Source: Eledone cirrhosa (lineage: Eukaryota). Taken from it: a stretch of DNA of 64,000 bases. Location of the stretch: the NCBI GenBank assembly GCA_964016885.1, contig OZ024746.1, positions 90,458,001-90,522,000 of the forward strand, read 5' to 3'. The translations under genes and the position numbers were made by a program. The stretch's first letter is position 1. Every line of letters begins with the position of its first letter. The notes beneath the pieces were generated by a model. It saw only the letters and a list, made by a program, of their open reading frames with translations, did not search any database and was not told the origin of the DNA. Positions 63,873 to 64,000 of this stretch are shown one piece after another.

Positions 63873-64000
63873 TTAAGCCTTTACTCTATATATACTATTG
63901 TATTTTCATGGTAAAGGCTTTACATCACATAATATCTCACATAACATTTACATTACTCTATGTATACTATTGTATTTTCATGGTAAAGGCTTTACCTCAC
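63873..64000 (+). repeat. Start of a third 72-bp MITE-1-derived array
   Basis: Two consecutive units with the same cacataacatttacattactc junction. Confidence 0.75.

Overview
AT-rich animal genomic DNA. The repeat landscape (huge (TA)n/(TACA)n arrays, RTE LINEs with (GAT)n tails, CORE-type and other tRNA-derived SINEs) suggests a coleoid cephalopod such as Octopus; this taxon is an inference. One host gene is visible on the minus strand as four coding exons with matching splice phases: 43491-43259, 40610-40465, 32303-32152 and 25954-23985. It encodes an H-Y-I-type mono-ADP-ribosyltransferase (PARP11/TIPARP/PARP12-like) whose catalytic domain is interrupted in frame by a ~570-aa Q/H/S/P-rich insertion carrying three copies of a ~26-aa motif. 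Its 5' end was not found. The rest is mobile DNA and satellites: a near-intact RTE LINE (APE-RT with an embedded PHD finger), truncated RTEs, two piggyBac-type TTAA MITE families (one expands into 72-bp satellites), mariner/pogo/hAT MITEs, Helitrons and SINEs. Several hammerhead-ribozyme-like motifs lie in Penelope/retrozyme-like remnants next to (TA)n arrays. Coordinates were read by eye: exon and ribozyme limits were checked base by base, repeat limits are approximate.
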